A DNA stretch of 64,000 nt, from NCBI GenBank assembly GCA_052327205.1, contig JBMRGM010000041.1, positions 9,920,001-9,984,000 of the forward strand, given 5' to 3'. Origin of the DNA: Somniosus microcephalus. Lineage: Eukaryota. The position numbers were made by a program, and so were the translations under genes. Below, in pieces: positions 37,801-49,095 of the stretch. Each line of letters starts with the position of its first letter. The first letter of the stretch is position 1. Below the pieces are notes generated by a model that saw only the letters and a program-made list of their open reading frames with translations, did not search any database and was not told the origin of the DNA.

Positions 37801-40800
37801 CTACAGCACCCGGCCTCACCCTATATGAATCCAAGGTTAAATTCCTCCTCTATGCAGATGACCTGGTTCTGCTGTCACCAACTAAGGAGGGTCTACAGCA
37901 GAACCTGGATCTGCTGGAGTCGTTCTGCCAGACCTGGGCCCTGACAATAAATCCCCCAAAAACCAAAATCCTTGTGTTCCAGCAAAGATCCAGACATCAG
38001 GGACCCAAAATAAATTTCACACTAGGAACAACCAAAATTGAACAAACCACTAACTACACATACTTGGGCCTAAAAATCAGTTCTACAGGAAATTTTCATC
38101 TGGCTGTGAATGAACTGAAAGAGAAAGCAAGAAGGGCTTTCTATGCCATTAAAAAATCAATCCAAATAGAAATCCCAATTAGCATTTGGCTCAAAATGTT
38201 TAAATCAGTAATTGAACCAATTGCACTCTATGGCAGTGAGGTGTGGGGACCGCTAACACAACAAGAATTTGCAAAATGGGACAAACACCCAATTGAGATC
38301 CTACATGCAGAATTCTGTAAAAGCATCCTCCGGACTCAAAAGGAAAACCGTAAACAATGCATGCAGGGCAGAACTAGGCCAATATCCATTAATAATCACT
38401 ATCCAAAAAAGAGCCACCAAATTTTGGAAACACCTAGAAATGAGCAACCCCCAATGTTATCATTACGAAGCCCTGAAATGCCAAGGGAGGACCATAAAGA
38501 AGAATACCCTCAGTCAACTAGTCCTGGGACTCAGTGAAGTAACTACTAACAAGAACCAGCCCCAGGACAGTGACAGCGTAACACAAAGAATTCGACCTAA
38601 CACAATCGTCGCTAAGCAAAAGGAAAAATATCTGTCATATTGGGCAGAAACAACAAAAACCCAAAGCAAACTCAATTGCTACTTGGCCCTAAACAGACAA
38701 TACAACATGGCTGATTACCTGACCATGGTAAAGGATAGCAAACTGAGAAAAATCTTGACAATGTACAGACTTAGTGAACATAGCTTGGCGATCGAAAAAG
38801 GTAGACACAGGCAGACCCGGCTACCAAGAGAGGACAGGATATGCTCTCACTGCAGTCAGGGCGTGGTGGAGACAGAGATGCACTTCCTCACAGGTTGTAG
38901 AAAATATCAGGGCATAAGGGAGAATTTCTACCCAAAATTCACAAAAATATGCCCGGAATTCAGAAATTTGAATGACGACCAAAAACTCCCATACCTACTA
39001 GGGGGAAGAGAGAAATTGTGTAACCTTAGCGGCACACTATGTTACAGCTTGCCATAAACAGAGGGACAACCACTAAATATAAGAGTATATACAAATTATA
39101 TGAATGTATATTTATACACTCAGGGATATATCTGTTTATACACTATGGATAGATCTGTATTTTTGTGTACAACCATGAATGTTTTTCGATGCTTTGGCAA
39201 CATAAGATGTACCTTGTCATGCCAATAAAGCGATTTGAATTGAGGGGGGAGGGGAGAGGGAGAGAGACAGAGCACAGATCATCGAAACAAGTAAATCACT
39301 AAAGTTAAGCAGGTGAAAATGTATTGGCTGCGTCAAGTGGCTCCACAAGTCCTGGCCAGGTTGGAGATGATTGGGGAACTCCCCAGTCAATCACCCCTGG
39401 AGTAAGTGACTGGGATTGGTTTTATGCAGATAAAATGTATTATGCAACTACACTCCCCTCACTGCATTTTGCTGGAGAAATAATCCTGCTTTTATCAAGA
39501 GACTCTGCTGTAGTTTGCCGTGAAAGGCCTCTGCCGTATTTCCTGCCCCAGCTTTGACTCACTGGCTGACAGTGGCGCCAATACTTCCCCCCCACCCCCC
39601 TCCTCGAGCACTCGGGAACAGTGGAACGCAAGCCCCGTACCTGGCTCTCTCCTTTCTTGTACTCCAGCGAGCAGTCTAGCAAAAGGATGCGGGGGTTCTT
39701 GATGTGCCTGCGCATCCGCGGGTGGGTGACGTCCTTGTTCAGCATCACCCCGCGCAGCACGCACGAGTCGTGAATGAAACCGCCGGGAATCTGTCAACAC
39801 GGAGAAATCTGTTACGCCACCGCCGCAAACGACCCCAGAACCACCCACGTCCATTCACTCACCGCTCTGGAATCTCGATCCATGCAATAAACACAATGAC
39901 TGCAAATTTTCAGAGATGTTAACGCGGCCAGTTAGCGTTTTGCCCCACTACCAGCAAGAGCGAAGAAGTGTGCTTCATTTGAAAGATCACAGCACAACCG
40001 AGTTTCACTATCCACAATGTAGGTCTCTTCATTAACACCCCCCCCCGCTACACAGCTAGACCAGAAAGACTCAAATTCAAATTATGATCTGTGCAGAGGG
40101 ATTGGAGTTCAACGCGAGTGAGGCTCAGGAGGTCAAAACCAGTCTTCGTACCTCCAGCCCAAGGGAGAGGAAAAACCAGACAGGGACCCCACTAACCCAG
40201 TGCCACCTGCTGAAAAGTCCAGGCATTTGAATGCCAGACGAGGACAAAACTCTTGTGGTTAAATACACCCCAGAAACCCATTCTCAAAACGCACCTGACG
40301 AATGGCCAATTATTTGGGCACAGTACCCCAGCAAACGCCAGCACTTCCAGGGGAGGGTGAAATCAGGATGCACCCAGTTGGCGCCACCTCAATCTCTCCC
40401 CACCCCCCACCCCCCCCCTTTCCCTTGAAACTCAATGATGAAGGAATGGCACCTGACAAAATCTAGAGACTGCTACTTAGAGGGCCAGTGCACTGCCATG
40501 GTGGCATTCAGACCAGGCACCCCCCCCTCCAGATTTGATCCCAACCATAGCAGCAGATGGGGTGGGGGGGGGGGGGAAATGAATTTCAGCCAGAGTTCCT
40601 GCTCCCAACTGCGGTACCTCGCCCGCTACCAGAAAGTGCGCGAGCAGCCGGGACACACTCCCCATCTCCAATAGTCCGCTGGCATCCCCAGTCCCAATTC
40701 ACACATGAATAATGGCCAAAGGGTAGTAAGTACACATGAACTGGAGCCAGGCAGGAGCTGCCCCTCACTGAAGAGAGTAGCCTGCCGCTCGATCCTGCAC

Positions 40801-43800
40801 AACGGCTCGGCAGCTGGTGCCTTGGATGTTGCAGGGGTTTAACAGCAATTGTCCAGTCGCGCTGGGGGCCCCGCCACTTGCCTTCTCCACCTTGGCGTAC
40901 TTCTTGATGTCGATCTCCTTGCGGCCGTTTTCTTCAAACACCACAGTCTTCACCGCATCCAGCGCGATGCTGCACGCCAGGTCGAGCTGTAGGTTGCTCA
41001 CCTTGGTGTTGATGGCGCTGTTGATAATTTTCAGCATCATTTCATGGTCAGTGACATCAACGGGAGTACTGCGAAGGAAGAGGGGCGGGAAAAAAAAACT
41101 AAGCGTTGCGGGCAACGGATTTTCCGGCAGTTGGGGGAACGCCACAGAATAAACACAGTATTTCAGAATACAAAAAGACTTGCATTTATACAGCACCTTG
41201 CACGACCACCGGATATCCCGCGGTGGTTTATAGCCAAACAAAGTACTTTTTAAAAAGTGTGGTCACTGTTGTAATGTGGGAAACGCGGCAGCCAATTTGC
41301 GCACAGCAAGCTCCCACAAACAGCAATGTGATAATGACCAGATCATCTGTCGCAGTGATGCTGATCGAGGGGTAAATATTGGCCCCAGGACACCGGGCAG
41401 GAACTCCCCCTGCTCTTCTTCAAATCGTGGCCATGGGATTTTTACATCTACCCGAGGGGGCAGACGGGGCCTCGGTTTAACGTCTCATCGGAAAGATGGC
41501 ACCTCCGACAGTGCGGTGCTCCCTCAGTACTGCCCCTCCGACAGTGCGGTGCTCCCTCAGTACTGCCCCACCGACAGTGCGGCGCTCCCTCAGTACTGCC
41601 CCTCCGACAGTGCGGCGCTCCCTCAGTACCGCCCCTCCGACAGTGCGGCGCTCCCTCAGTACTGCCCCTCCGACAGTGCGGCGCTCCCTCAGTACTGCCC
41701 CTCCGACAGTGCGGCGCTCCCTCAGTACTGCCCCTCCGACAGCGCGGCGCTCCCTCAGTACTGCCCCTCCGACAGTGCGGCGCTCCCTCAGTACTGCCCC
41801 TCCGACAGTGCGGCCCTCCCTCAGTACCGCCCCCTCCGACAGTGCGGCGCTCCCTCCGTACCGCCCCTCCGACAGTGCGGTGCTCTCTCACTACCGCCCC
41901 TCCGACAGTGCGGCCCTCCCTCACTACCGCCCCTCCGACAGTGCGGCCCTCCCACAGTACCGCCCCTCCCACAGTGCGGCGCTCCCTCGGTACCGCCACG
42001 CCGACAGTGCGGCGCTCCCTCGGTACCGCCCCGCCGACAGCACAGCGCTCCCTCAGTACTGCCCCTCCGACAGTGCGGCGCTCCCTCAGCACTGCCCCTC
42101 TGACAGCGCAGCGCTCCCTCAGTACTGCCCCTCCGACAGTGCGGCGCTCCCTCAGTACCGCCCCTCCGACACTCCCTCAGTACTGCCCCTCCGACAGTGC
42201 GGCCCTCCCTCAGTACTGCCCCTCCGACAGTGCGGCGCTCCCTCAGTAGCGCCCCTCCGACACTCCCTCAGTACTGCCCCTCCGACAGTGCGGCCCTCCC
42301 TCAGTACCGCCCCCTCCGACAGTGCGGCGCTCCCTCAGTACTGCCCCTCCGACAGTGCGGTGCTCTCTCACTACCGCCCCTCCGACAGTGCGGCCCTCCC
42401 TCAGTACCGCCCCTCCGACAGTGCGGCCCTCCCTCAGTACCGCCCCTCCCACAGTGCGGCCCTCCCACAGTACCGCCCCGCCGACAGTGCGGCGCTCCCT
42501 CGGTACCGCCACGCCGACAGTGCGGCGCTCCCTCAGTACCGCCACGCCGACAGTGCGGCGCTCCCTCAGTACCGCACTGCGAGTGTCGGCCTGGATTTTT
42601 GTGCTCAAGTCTCTGGAGTGGGACTTGAACCCACAACCTTCTGACTCAGGCAAGGGTGCTACCAACTGAGCCATGGCTGGCAAGATTAGTCTTATCTTCA
42701 AGCATCAGGCAGAAAACATTTTTCATAAAGGACACGGGGACCAAGCGTGTCAAACCATTTAAGGTTCCATAACATGCATTTGTACTGGAACAAGGCAATC
42801 CAGCATGCTGCATTAAGTGCAGTACGGAGGGAGCACTGCATTGTTGGTGGCACCATCTTTTGGATGAGGTGTTAAAAATGAAGCCCCATCTGCCTATTTA
42901 GGTCAATGTAAAAGATCCCACGGCATTATCTGAAGAGCAGAGTCGTCGACCCTGCGTTCTGGCCAGTATCTGTACCTCAACCAACATTACTAAAACAGAT
43001 CTGGGCATTTATCTCATCACTGTATGTCTGAACTTGTGTGTAAATTGGCTGCTGCGTTTCCTACATTACAGCAGTGACTACACTTTGAAAAGTACTTCAT
43101 TGGCTGTAAAGCACTGTGTGATGCCCCGGGGTTGTGAAAGGCGCTGGAGAAATGCCAGTTCCTTCTTTTATATAATTGCAGGTTCTGTCTTCTTACAACA
43201 CCAGGTGTGTGGAGAAGAACCGGAGGCTCCGTACCTGATCTCCTTGAGGGTGGTAATCATGTCTTCGAGTGCCTGGTGATAAGCGCCAATGATGACAGAC
43301 GGGTGCATCTGTTGCTCGAGGTACTGCTCGGCTACCGACAGCATCTCTCCAGCTAAAAGAAAGCAAGTCCGCGGAAGAATTACGCAAACGCAGCCAAATA
43401 AACAGGGTTGAAGTCGACACAATGCTCGGCTTACACTGACTCGCTCTCGTGCGGTTTGCATTACGAGTGGGGCACGAGGGGCTGCACCGTCTAACGGATA
43501 GGGCGAGTAGCGACGGGCCAGGTGGTCAATTTTCAGCTTTGCGCTTCTGATCAGTCAGCGCCAAAGCTTCCACCGGCTGCACCGGCCACCAGAACGCTGC
43601 CGGTTTCGGAACTGGACGCCAGAGTACGATCGCACGGCGATGTTTAGCAGTTTGGAGACTGAAGTGGGGAAAAGAGTTAAACTGACATCGCTGGCAGTTT
43701 CACTGAACGATGTAAGAAAGACAGAGGCTAACATGAAAGGCCACATCCATGAAGAGGCAGTCAAGATAGCTGACCTTTGAAGACTAAAAAGCAATGAAGT

Positions 43801-46800
43801 GGAGACAGGGGGTCTAGAATTTCAACTCGTCCCGCAAGAACTTTATCATCTAGGTCGCATTCCAAGATATCTTTTAATCAGCATTCAGCAGTTTGAGTGA
43901 TTGATTGAGGAGGCAGCTGACACATGTTTACCTTAGGATATATAACCAATCCATGAAGGTGCATGCGGGCCAAGATCCAATCAGGTTGCAGGAATGAATT
44001 GTGCACGAGGCTGCCATGCTTATTTTAACGTAGTATTTGCTGTAACAATTTGGAGAAGTCTGGCTAAGACAGAGCAGACTGTCTCCCCACCGGTGTAATA
44101 AAGACGACGACTATCGATCTAAAACCTTGTGTCGAGTGTTGGTTTAAAACACTCCACAACAAGGACGCACCAAACGTTACATTTAGCAATGGCCAAGCAA
44201 ATAAAAGGAGGAATTTCCCGAAATGCTGTACAGCTAGGCGTCATCATTCTAATCGAGAGGGGTGGATGGAGTCTGTTCATGAACCACGAGGGGGTCAGGC
44301 ACCCTGATCCGACCTCTGTAGCTACAAGCTTGGGAGGAGACTCTCACTAGGGGTATAATTCACAGGCCCGCCACCAGCAGAATGTGAAATGCACAGAATT
44401 GCGTCCCTGGGCAGCGGTCTGTGCTCAACAGTATCGCACCCATTCCCCACCTGGACAGCGAGTATGAGCAACCTACTGCACCAGAGGAGAGCACTGCAGG
44501 CAAGTCTGATCCTGCAATTTACAGCAAAAGTCAACAGATAGCAACTGGCTGGTTTGCCCCCTACCCCCCAGTCCCTGGTCTGGGATAGCAAGGGAGTGCC
44601 GGGGCCGCTAACTGCGCTGAGATCACTTAACGCAGCATGGACCTGGGACTTCACTATTCAGATCCACCGAGGCCCTTATTGGCTCTTTCCACACATGCAG
44701 TTCAGGTGTTTGGGGCACAGGTCAGTAATGCACCAGCGCCTCTGTGCACATACTAGGAATTTTAATTTCATCGGTGGCGAGGAAGCAATGAGACAAGGCA
44801 GTCAAAAGGCCCTGGAGCATCAACTGCAATCTTACGCACCGAGGATGATGACAGAGGTGGTCCCATCTCCAACTTCTTCGTCTTGGGTGCGGCTGATCTC
44901 AATCATGGACTTGGCTGCCGGGTGCTGCACCTGGATCTGAGAGATTCAATGAGAGAAATGAGTGGTCAGGGTAGAATCATCCGAAATCAGTGGACAGGCC
45001 ACGAGGTTGGTCAATGTCGCCGCTCGGTCGGGATAAAGAACAAATCGGGGGGGGGGGGGGGGGGCGGGGGTGGAAGACAGGGCCGTGCAGGGAGTTGAGC
45101 CCCTTTCACCTCTCGGACGCTGGTTAAATCCAGGCCAGACTGACTGAATCGAAGTCTGGAATGGTCTTTAGGTTGGGGAGTCTCCACTCAGTTCCTGGCA
45201 CTCCACCGCACAAAAACTGGCCCCGATTCAGCCGCTGCATGGCTGGTGTGGGAAGTGGAAAGGCGTCAAGTTGTCCGATGGGCAAGTGTTTTTCGAAGGT
45301 TGGATCTGAGGCGCACGGTCAGGGCAGAGCAGGTGCGGCACTTGACCAGAGAGTGGATAGAAACATAGAAGATAGGAGCAGGAATAGGCCATTCGGCCCC
45401 TCGAGCCTGCTCTGCCATTCAATGAGATCATGGCTGATCATCCAAATTCAGTACCCTGTCCCTGCTTTCTCCCCATATCCCTTAATCCCTTTAGCCTTAA
45501 GAAATATATCTAACTCCTTCTTGAATATATTTAATGAATTGGCCTCCACTGCCTTCTGTGGCAGAGAATTCCACAGGTTCACCACTCTCTGGGTGAAGAA
45601 ATTCCTCCTCATCTCAGTCCTAAATGGCTTACCCCTTATCCTTAGACTGGGACCCCTGGTTCTGGAGTCCCCGCCATCGGGAACATCCTTCCTGCATCTA
45701 GATGTCAAAAATGGGGAAGTGTCCGACTCCCTAGCACGATCATATTGATGTGTATAAGGTTTTTAAAGTTTGTATGGGTAACCAATAACATTTCAATAAA
45801 CACTACTGTTGGAGAATCTTTATTTTTTTTATTTTTAAACTCGTCTTCTGTTCAGATCAGGATTCTAGAATGCAGTGCAATAAAATGCAATTTAGAAAAG
45901 ATTGGCCCTCTCTCACCCCAAGTAATTCCTAGGCTTCTACCAACCTATGGGCAGGAGTTGCAGAGCAGCAGCAGCTCAGGGCTGTGAAAAGCACAGATGA
46001 GCACCAATGCCCCACCACAGCACACCAGCCGTCTCTCACAGGCTGCACTACTGGTGTGGGCCCACTCCAGATTCAATGCCCGCCGTGCACTGCTACAGAT
46101 TCCAACTCAAAAGATGGGCCCCCGCTTGTGCCATAGAATTCATTTGAGGGAACCACTAAGAAGACCTGTCCAAAAGCACATTTCAACAAAAGGCCGCGTC
46201 CTTGGAGCTGCATGACCATAAACAGATCATGCAAAATGAGAGAGTTAGCAGAAAAACAGCCTTGTGTTACAGCAGTTATAGAAAGGGCTCCTGATCACAG
46301 AGAGCGGACTAACTCCTTCCCTTCTTGGCTGGGAACACTGTTCTTCCTTGAAGTTTTCCTCAAGTCCAAAGATGTGCGGGTTAGGTTGATTGGCCATGAT
46401 AAAAATTGGCCCTTAGTGTTAGGGGGGATTAAATACGTGGGGTTACGGGGATAGGGCTTGGGTGGGATGGCTGTCGGTGTAGGGACTGGGTGCTGGGGTT
46501 TGGATGATCAGCCATGATCTCGTTGAATGGCGGAGCAGGCTCGAAGGGCCGAATGGCCGACTCCTGCTCCTAGTTTCTATGTTTCTCATTCTCTGCTCTC
46601 CTGGAGGTGCCGACTCTTGCCCACTGACATCACCAAGTAGCCCTAATCCGAGCACATCCGGCGAGTTATCCTGTTCCAATGCTGCGGCACAGCCGGAACA
46701 AGGTCTCCTCACTCAACCCCCCCCCCGCCCCGCCCCTCCACTCTCCAGCGGGGCTCGCTGGATAGCGAGCAAGAGCAGGAACCCGAGCTGTACACCCGGG

Positions 46801-48636
46801 AACCTCGGCTCGCTGTAGTCTCACGCCCCGAGGCCAAGGGTATTAAAGCTCTCCGTAGCATCAGACCGGCTCTTTGGAAGAGCCGTCCAATACCTTCCTG
46901 GGCCACACAGGTTCAGGTGATAGCTTGAGAACCAGCTATACAGTTCAAATCCATGCCATCAATTTATAAACCAATCTCGACATTCTGTTTTAGCGAGCTC
47001 TTTCCAAACCTCCAGGGCCACAAAACTCCAAGTGAAATAAGCCAGCAAATGAGGAATAGAGACACATAGAATGTAGTTGCTTGGGCTTCAAGGGCTGCCT
47101 GCGGCCTTAAGCCCAACGCCCCTACCCGAGGGTAATTTTGAGAAGGGAAGGGAGGCAGAGAAAGGAGAATTCATTCGCCGGCTATTTTGGAGTGAAGGGG
47201 AATCGAGTGAGCAGCGGGCCACCTGAATCCATGACCTACTGCCGATTGGGTTAAGTTGCTGACAGAGCCCACCTACCTCTCGCAGAATGGCATTGCCGTC
47301 GTTTGTCATAACGATGCCGCCCATGGGATCCAGCAACATCTGGGGGGGGACAGGAAATTACATATTAACTTCAATATTGAACTACAATACACCCAGTTCC
47401 TGCTTCCCCCCCACTTGCAGTCTGAAACTGTCCCTCCACCAATTTAATTACACCCCCACTCCCCAAAAGGAAGAAACTCAGGTCAGGGCACAGCTTGAAG
47501 AGCAGCAGCAGCTCTCAGTGTCTTCATGCATGACTCTAAATGAGCTGCTCGAGGTCCTGAAAGCCAAGCCCAATCTAGTCCCTCATGAGCGCACTGCATG
47601 GGGATGCCGAGACTAACTCAATCACTGGCCTGTGCAGCTGCACACCCGCGCCGCTGCTCCAACAGCTAACTCCGCACAGACCAGGGCCTTNNNNNNNNNN
47701 NNNNNNNNNNNNNNNNNNNNNNNNNNNNNNNNNNNNNNNNNNNNNNNNNNNNNNNNNNNNNNNNNNNNNNNNNNNNNNNNNNNNNNNNNNNNNNNNNNNN
47801 NNNNNNNNNNNNNNNNNNNNNNNNNNNNNNNNNNNNNNNNNNNNNNNNNNNNNNNNNNNNNNNNNNNNNNNNNNNNNNNNNNNNNNNNNNNNNNNNNNNN
47901 NNNNNNNNNNNNNNNNNNNNNNNNNNNNNNNNNNNNNNNNNNNNNNNNNNNNNNNNNNNNNNNNNNNNNNNNNNNNNNNNNNNNNNNNNNNNNNNNNNNN
48001 NNNNNNNNNNNNNNNNNNNNNNNNNNNNNNNNNNNNNNNNNNNNNNNNNNNNNNNNNNNNNNNNNNNNNNNNNNNNNNNNNNNNNNNNNNNNNNNNNNNN
48101 NNNNNNNNNNNNNNNNNNNNNNNNNNNNNNNNNNNNNNNNNNNNNNNNNNNNNNNNNNNNNNNNNNNNNNNNNNNNNNNNNNNNNNNNNNCCCCTCGCCT
48201 CCCAGGACCCCACCCCTCCAGGAGGGGAGGGGAGTGTCTGTGAGCGGACCAACACCCTCCGAGGGCCCCCCACTCCCACTGGCTTCACTCCGTGCCCAGG
48301 GGCCCAGTCCCTCAGGCTTCACTCCACGCCCAGGGGCCCAGTCACTCAGGCCTCACTCCCAGCCCCGGTCTCTAAGACCTCAGGCCCAGTCCGGGGCCTC
48401 GGGCCTCACCTTGGCCGCGTTGATGTTGCCCTGCTGCACTTTGTGTCCCGACTCCCGCTTCACGTTCTGACCTGAGGAGACAAGAAGAGAAGAAAGACAT
48501 GAGCTGAGGGGGGTTAGGGAAAGGCCTGAAACCCGGGTGTGGTATTTGGAAGCGGCCTGAAGCCCGGGTGCGGTATTTGGAAGCGGGCCCGGCCGGGCCG
48601 ACACTCACTCAGCACGAACACCTGCCGCCCCAACAT
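25734..48636 (-). CDS. CCT3: T-complex protein 1 subunit gamma, whole spliced gene span (14 coding exons, ~542 aa if exon 3 is 51 nt)
   Basis: exons translate to CCT3 (GDGTTS, NKDVTHPRMRR, EVERNLQDAM, LLLRIDDIVSG); phases join correctly; adjacent to GLMP as in human. Confidence 0.97.
26281..26685 (+). mobile_element. LF-SINE-like SINE
   Basis: tRNA-like head (GAGTTCAAATCCC), body GGTTCACTGATGTCCTTTAGGGAAGG...GACTCCAGACCCACAGCAATGTGG, tail GGGCAATAAATGCTGGCCTTGCCAGCGACGCCCACATCC shared with the LINE family at 9230-9905. Confidence 0.75.
27322..27453 (-). CDS. CCT3: CCT3 exon 13
   Basis: AKHTQEGCQTWGVNGETG...FKTSVE; CAG/GTGAGT. Confidence 0.95.
28321..28566 (-). CDS. CCT3: CCT3 exon 12
   Basis: EVERNLQDAMQV...RLLTSLR; CAG/GTAAGG. 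Confidence 0.95.
29039..29185. mobile_element. possible degenerate hAT-type MITE
   Basis: CAATGTTCCC ... GGGAATATCG imperfect terminal inverted repeats; TSD not clear. Confidence 0.4.
29448..29628 (-). CDS. CCT3: CCT3 exon 11
   Basis: ACGARIVSRTDELREEDIGTGAG...LLRGASKEILA; CAG/GTAAGC. Confidence 0.95.
29893..29974 (-). CDS. CCT3: CCT3 exon 10
   Basis: DLALHYLMKANISAIRRIRKSDNNRIAR; CAG/GTACAG. Confidence 0.93.
30870..31600 (+). mobile_element. CR1 3' fragment split by an unrelated ~390-bp insert (31040-31430)
   Basis: CR1 text ...CAAAGGGTGGTAAAAGTTTGGAACT resumes at GAAGCTAGATCAATT... Confidence 0.65.
31703..31835 (-). CDS. CCT3: CCT3 exon 9
   Basis: TDIEITREEDFTRILQMEE...TEKGIS; CAG/GTACTG. 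Confidence 0.95.
32250..33726 (+). mobile_element. 5'-truncated CR1 LINE (frameshifted RT)
   Basis: VPADWKTANVTPLFKKG, NYRPVSLTS, YLDFQKA, VPQGSVLGP, KFADDTK; tail CTTATGTTCTT. Confidence 0.92.
33790..39243 (+). mobile_element. near full-length degraded RTEX-like LINE (ORF1 with SGNH esterase; ORF2 APE + RT)
   Basis: ORF1 remnants DSNG, IIHTGTNDL, LHDRVH; ORF2 STWNIQGL, ILQETW, GDLNSRTG, SDH, FIDFQKAFDS, LLYADDLVL, C-terminal CSHC..ETEMHFLTGC; tail GCCAATAAAGC..TTGAATTGA. Confidence 0.8.
39641..39790 (-). CDS. CCT3: CCT3 exon 8
   Basis: IPGGFIHDSCVLRGVMLNKDVTHPRMRR...EYKKGESQ; CAG/GTACGG. Confidence 0.95.
40882..41068 (-). CDS. CCT3: CCT3 exon 7 (GC donor)
   Basis: TPVDVTDHEMMLKII...NGRKEIDIKKYAKVEK; CAG acceptor, AAG|GCAAGT donor. 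Confidence 0.92.
41175..42675 (-). mobile_element. full-length DeuSINE with ~1.07 kb 33-bp minisatellite expansion (41502-42572)
   Basis: tRNA-like head at 42600-42675 (GGTTCAAGTCCC), ~32 repeat units, Deu core and tail toward 41175. Confidence 0.85.
42810..43170 (+). mobile_element. older DeuSINE without repeat expansion
   Basis: single GTGCAGTACGGAGGGAGCACTGCATTGTTGG unit followed by a diverged Deu core. Confidence 0.7.
43235..43352 (-). CDS. CCT3: CCT3 exon 6
   Basis: AGEMLSVAEQYLEQQMHP...TLKEIS; TAG/GTACGG. Confidence 0.95.
44840..44936 (-). CDS. CCT3: CCT3 exon 5
   Basis: IQVQHPAAKSMIEISRTQDEEVGDGTTSVIIL; CAG/GTGCGT. Confidence 0.96.
45358..45702 (-). mobile_element. CR1 3' fragment
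   Basis: RIRGKPFRTEMRRNFFTQRVVNLWNSLP plus 3' UTR. Confidence 0.85.
46363..46586 (+). mobile_element. 5'-truncated HE1-like SINE
   Basis: AGTCCAAAGATGTGCGGGTTAGGTTGATTGG... plus CR1-type tail. Confidence 0.75.
47277..47339 (-). CDS. CCT3: CCT3 exon 4
   Basis: MLLDPMGGIVMTNDGNAILRE; CAG/GTAGGT. Confidence 0.96.
47691..48190. other. assembly gap (500 N), expected to contain CCT3 exon 3
   Basis: N run between exons 2 and 4; no TIADIIRTCLGP-like exon seen in the flanks. Confidence 0.9.
48410..48471 (-). CDS. CCT3: CCT3 exon 2
   Basis: (S)QNVKRESGHKVQQGNINAAK; CAG/GTGAGG. Confidence 0.95.
48609..48636 (-). CDS. CCT3: CCT3 exon 1 coding part
   Basis: ATG TTG GGG CGG CAG GTG TTC GTG CTG A|GTGAGT = MLGRQVFVL(S); phase 1 joins exon 2. 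Confidence 0.9.
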
Positions 48637-48689
48637 TGTCCACCTCGTTTCTCCTTTTTCTCCTTCTTCTTGCTCGAAGCTTCTGCACA

Positions 48690-49095
48690 GCCGCCGCTAA
48701 CCCGCTCGCTTGACCGACAGCCGCCTTTAGCCAATCCCCGCTCAGGGCGCGCCGCTTCGGCCAATCAGCGGAAGCGCGGCTCTCAGGCTTCGGCCAATCA
48801 GCGCGCCGGGAAGGCGGGTCCAACCTCACCGCTCCCTCTGCAGCCACGTGGGGTGGCGCCGCCTGATGGACAGCCCAATCTCGGCCAATCGGCTCCACGC
48901 CTCCGCGCAGGTTGGGCCAATCAGAGTCGGGAGGCGGGACCGGTGGTCACGTGGGGGCTGGCGCTGCGGCAGGCCTCGTGCGCCGACCGTTGCGGATGGG
49001 GAGGGGGAGGGGGAGGGCTTCCCGGCGGCCCCCGCGGTCGCGCCACTCTCGCAAGGGTTTTCGGGAATTGTGGTTCAGCGGCGATTTGTAGTTTA
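48690..49095. promoter_or_regulatory. CCT3 CpG-rich promoter
   Basis: six CCAAT boxes (48731-48921), two CACGTG E-boxes (~48845, ~48948), GC boxes, and an SBS-like site ACCACAATTCCCGAAAACCCTTGCG on minus (49050-49074). Confidence 0.8.

Noticed and set aside
41276-42701. ORFs of TAPPTVRRSLS / YCPSDSAALPQ repeats (also 6990-7623, 12611-13190)
   Set aside because: Frames of the 33-bp SINE-derived minisatellite.
43520-43830. Harbinger TIR-like words (GGTCAATTTTCAG, GGTCTAGAATTTCA)
   Set aside because: No matching partner TIR or TSD could be established by eye.
47068-47140. Possible H/ACA snoRNA 3' hairpin in CCT3 intron 4 (TTGGGCTT...AAGCCCAA then ACA)
   Set aside because: No convincing 5' hairpin and no recognisable family; needs a covariance-model search.
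47575-48475. ORFs spanning the N run
   Set aside because: Artefacts of translating an assembly gap.
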